Assembly: GCA_038087875.1 (NCBI GenBank)
Contig: CM075985.1
Location: 24,862,001 to 24,926,000 of the forward strand
DNA: 64,000 bases
Reading direction: 5' to 3'
From: Malacoraja senta
Lineage: Eukaryota
This document shows, piece after piece, positions 63,956-64,000 of this stretch. A program made the translations under genes and the position numbers. The notes beneath the pieces were generated by a model, which saw nothing but the letters and a program-made list of their open reading frames with translations, was not told where the DNA came from and made no database searches. How positions within the stretch are numbered: position 1 is the stretch's first letter; each line of letters begins with the position of its first letter.

Positions 63956-64000
63956 GTATGACTTCAAAAGAAATCGCATGGACAATTTTTGCCAGTGCTG
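63956..64000 (+). CDS. CTCK exon 2, cut by the window end (YDFKRNRMDNFCQCC)
   Basis: ttcaag|G; phase 2 fits; CxCC motif. Confidence 0.8.

Larger units (their letters stand above)
1171..64000 (+). other. Multi-exon gel-forming mucin gene, partial at both ends (D3 - Thr/CysD region - VWC-like - D4 - VWC-like - CTCK); MUC2/5-type architecture with MUC19-like sequence signatures
   Basis: About 40 AG..GT-bounded exons with compatible phases translate to CGLCG, C8, TIL, WxxW/CysD, PT-rich, GDPH-VWD and CxGxC/CxCC cystine-knot motifs. Confidence 0.95.

Overview
Vertebrate genomic DNA, AT-rich. The repeat content (CR1, Rex/Babar, L2, V-SINE-like and Penelope-derived hairpins) suggests a cartilaginous fish such as a skate or ray; this is inference. 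The window is almost entirely one + strand, multi-exon gel-forming mucin gene truncated at both ends. Reading GT-AG exons with consistent phases gives, in order: the D3 assembly (VWD3 with CGLCG, C8, TIL, E; 1171-6208); a central region of phase 1-1 Thr-rich mini-exons and CysD (WxxW) exons, including a recent ~1.85 kb x ~6.8 tandem array (17176-29665); a Thr/Pro/Met exon; a last CysD; a VWC-like module; the D4 assembly with a GDPH site; a short VWC-like module; and a cystine knot that runs off the window end. The domain order is MUC2/MUC5-like, but the D3 and C-terminal sequences resemble MUC19/submaxillary apomucin. Introns hold a structurally complete but decayed DIRS1-type retrotransposon (37408-42234, - strand), five PIF/Harbinger-like MITEs, LINE fragments and SINEs. 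Most ORFs in the supplied track are intronic or antisense artefacts.
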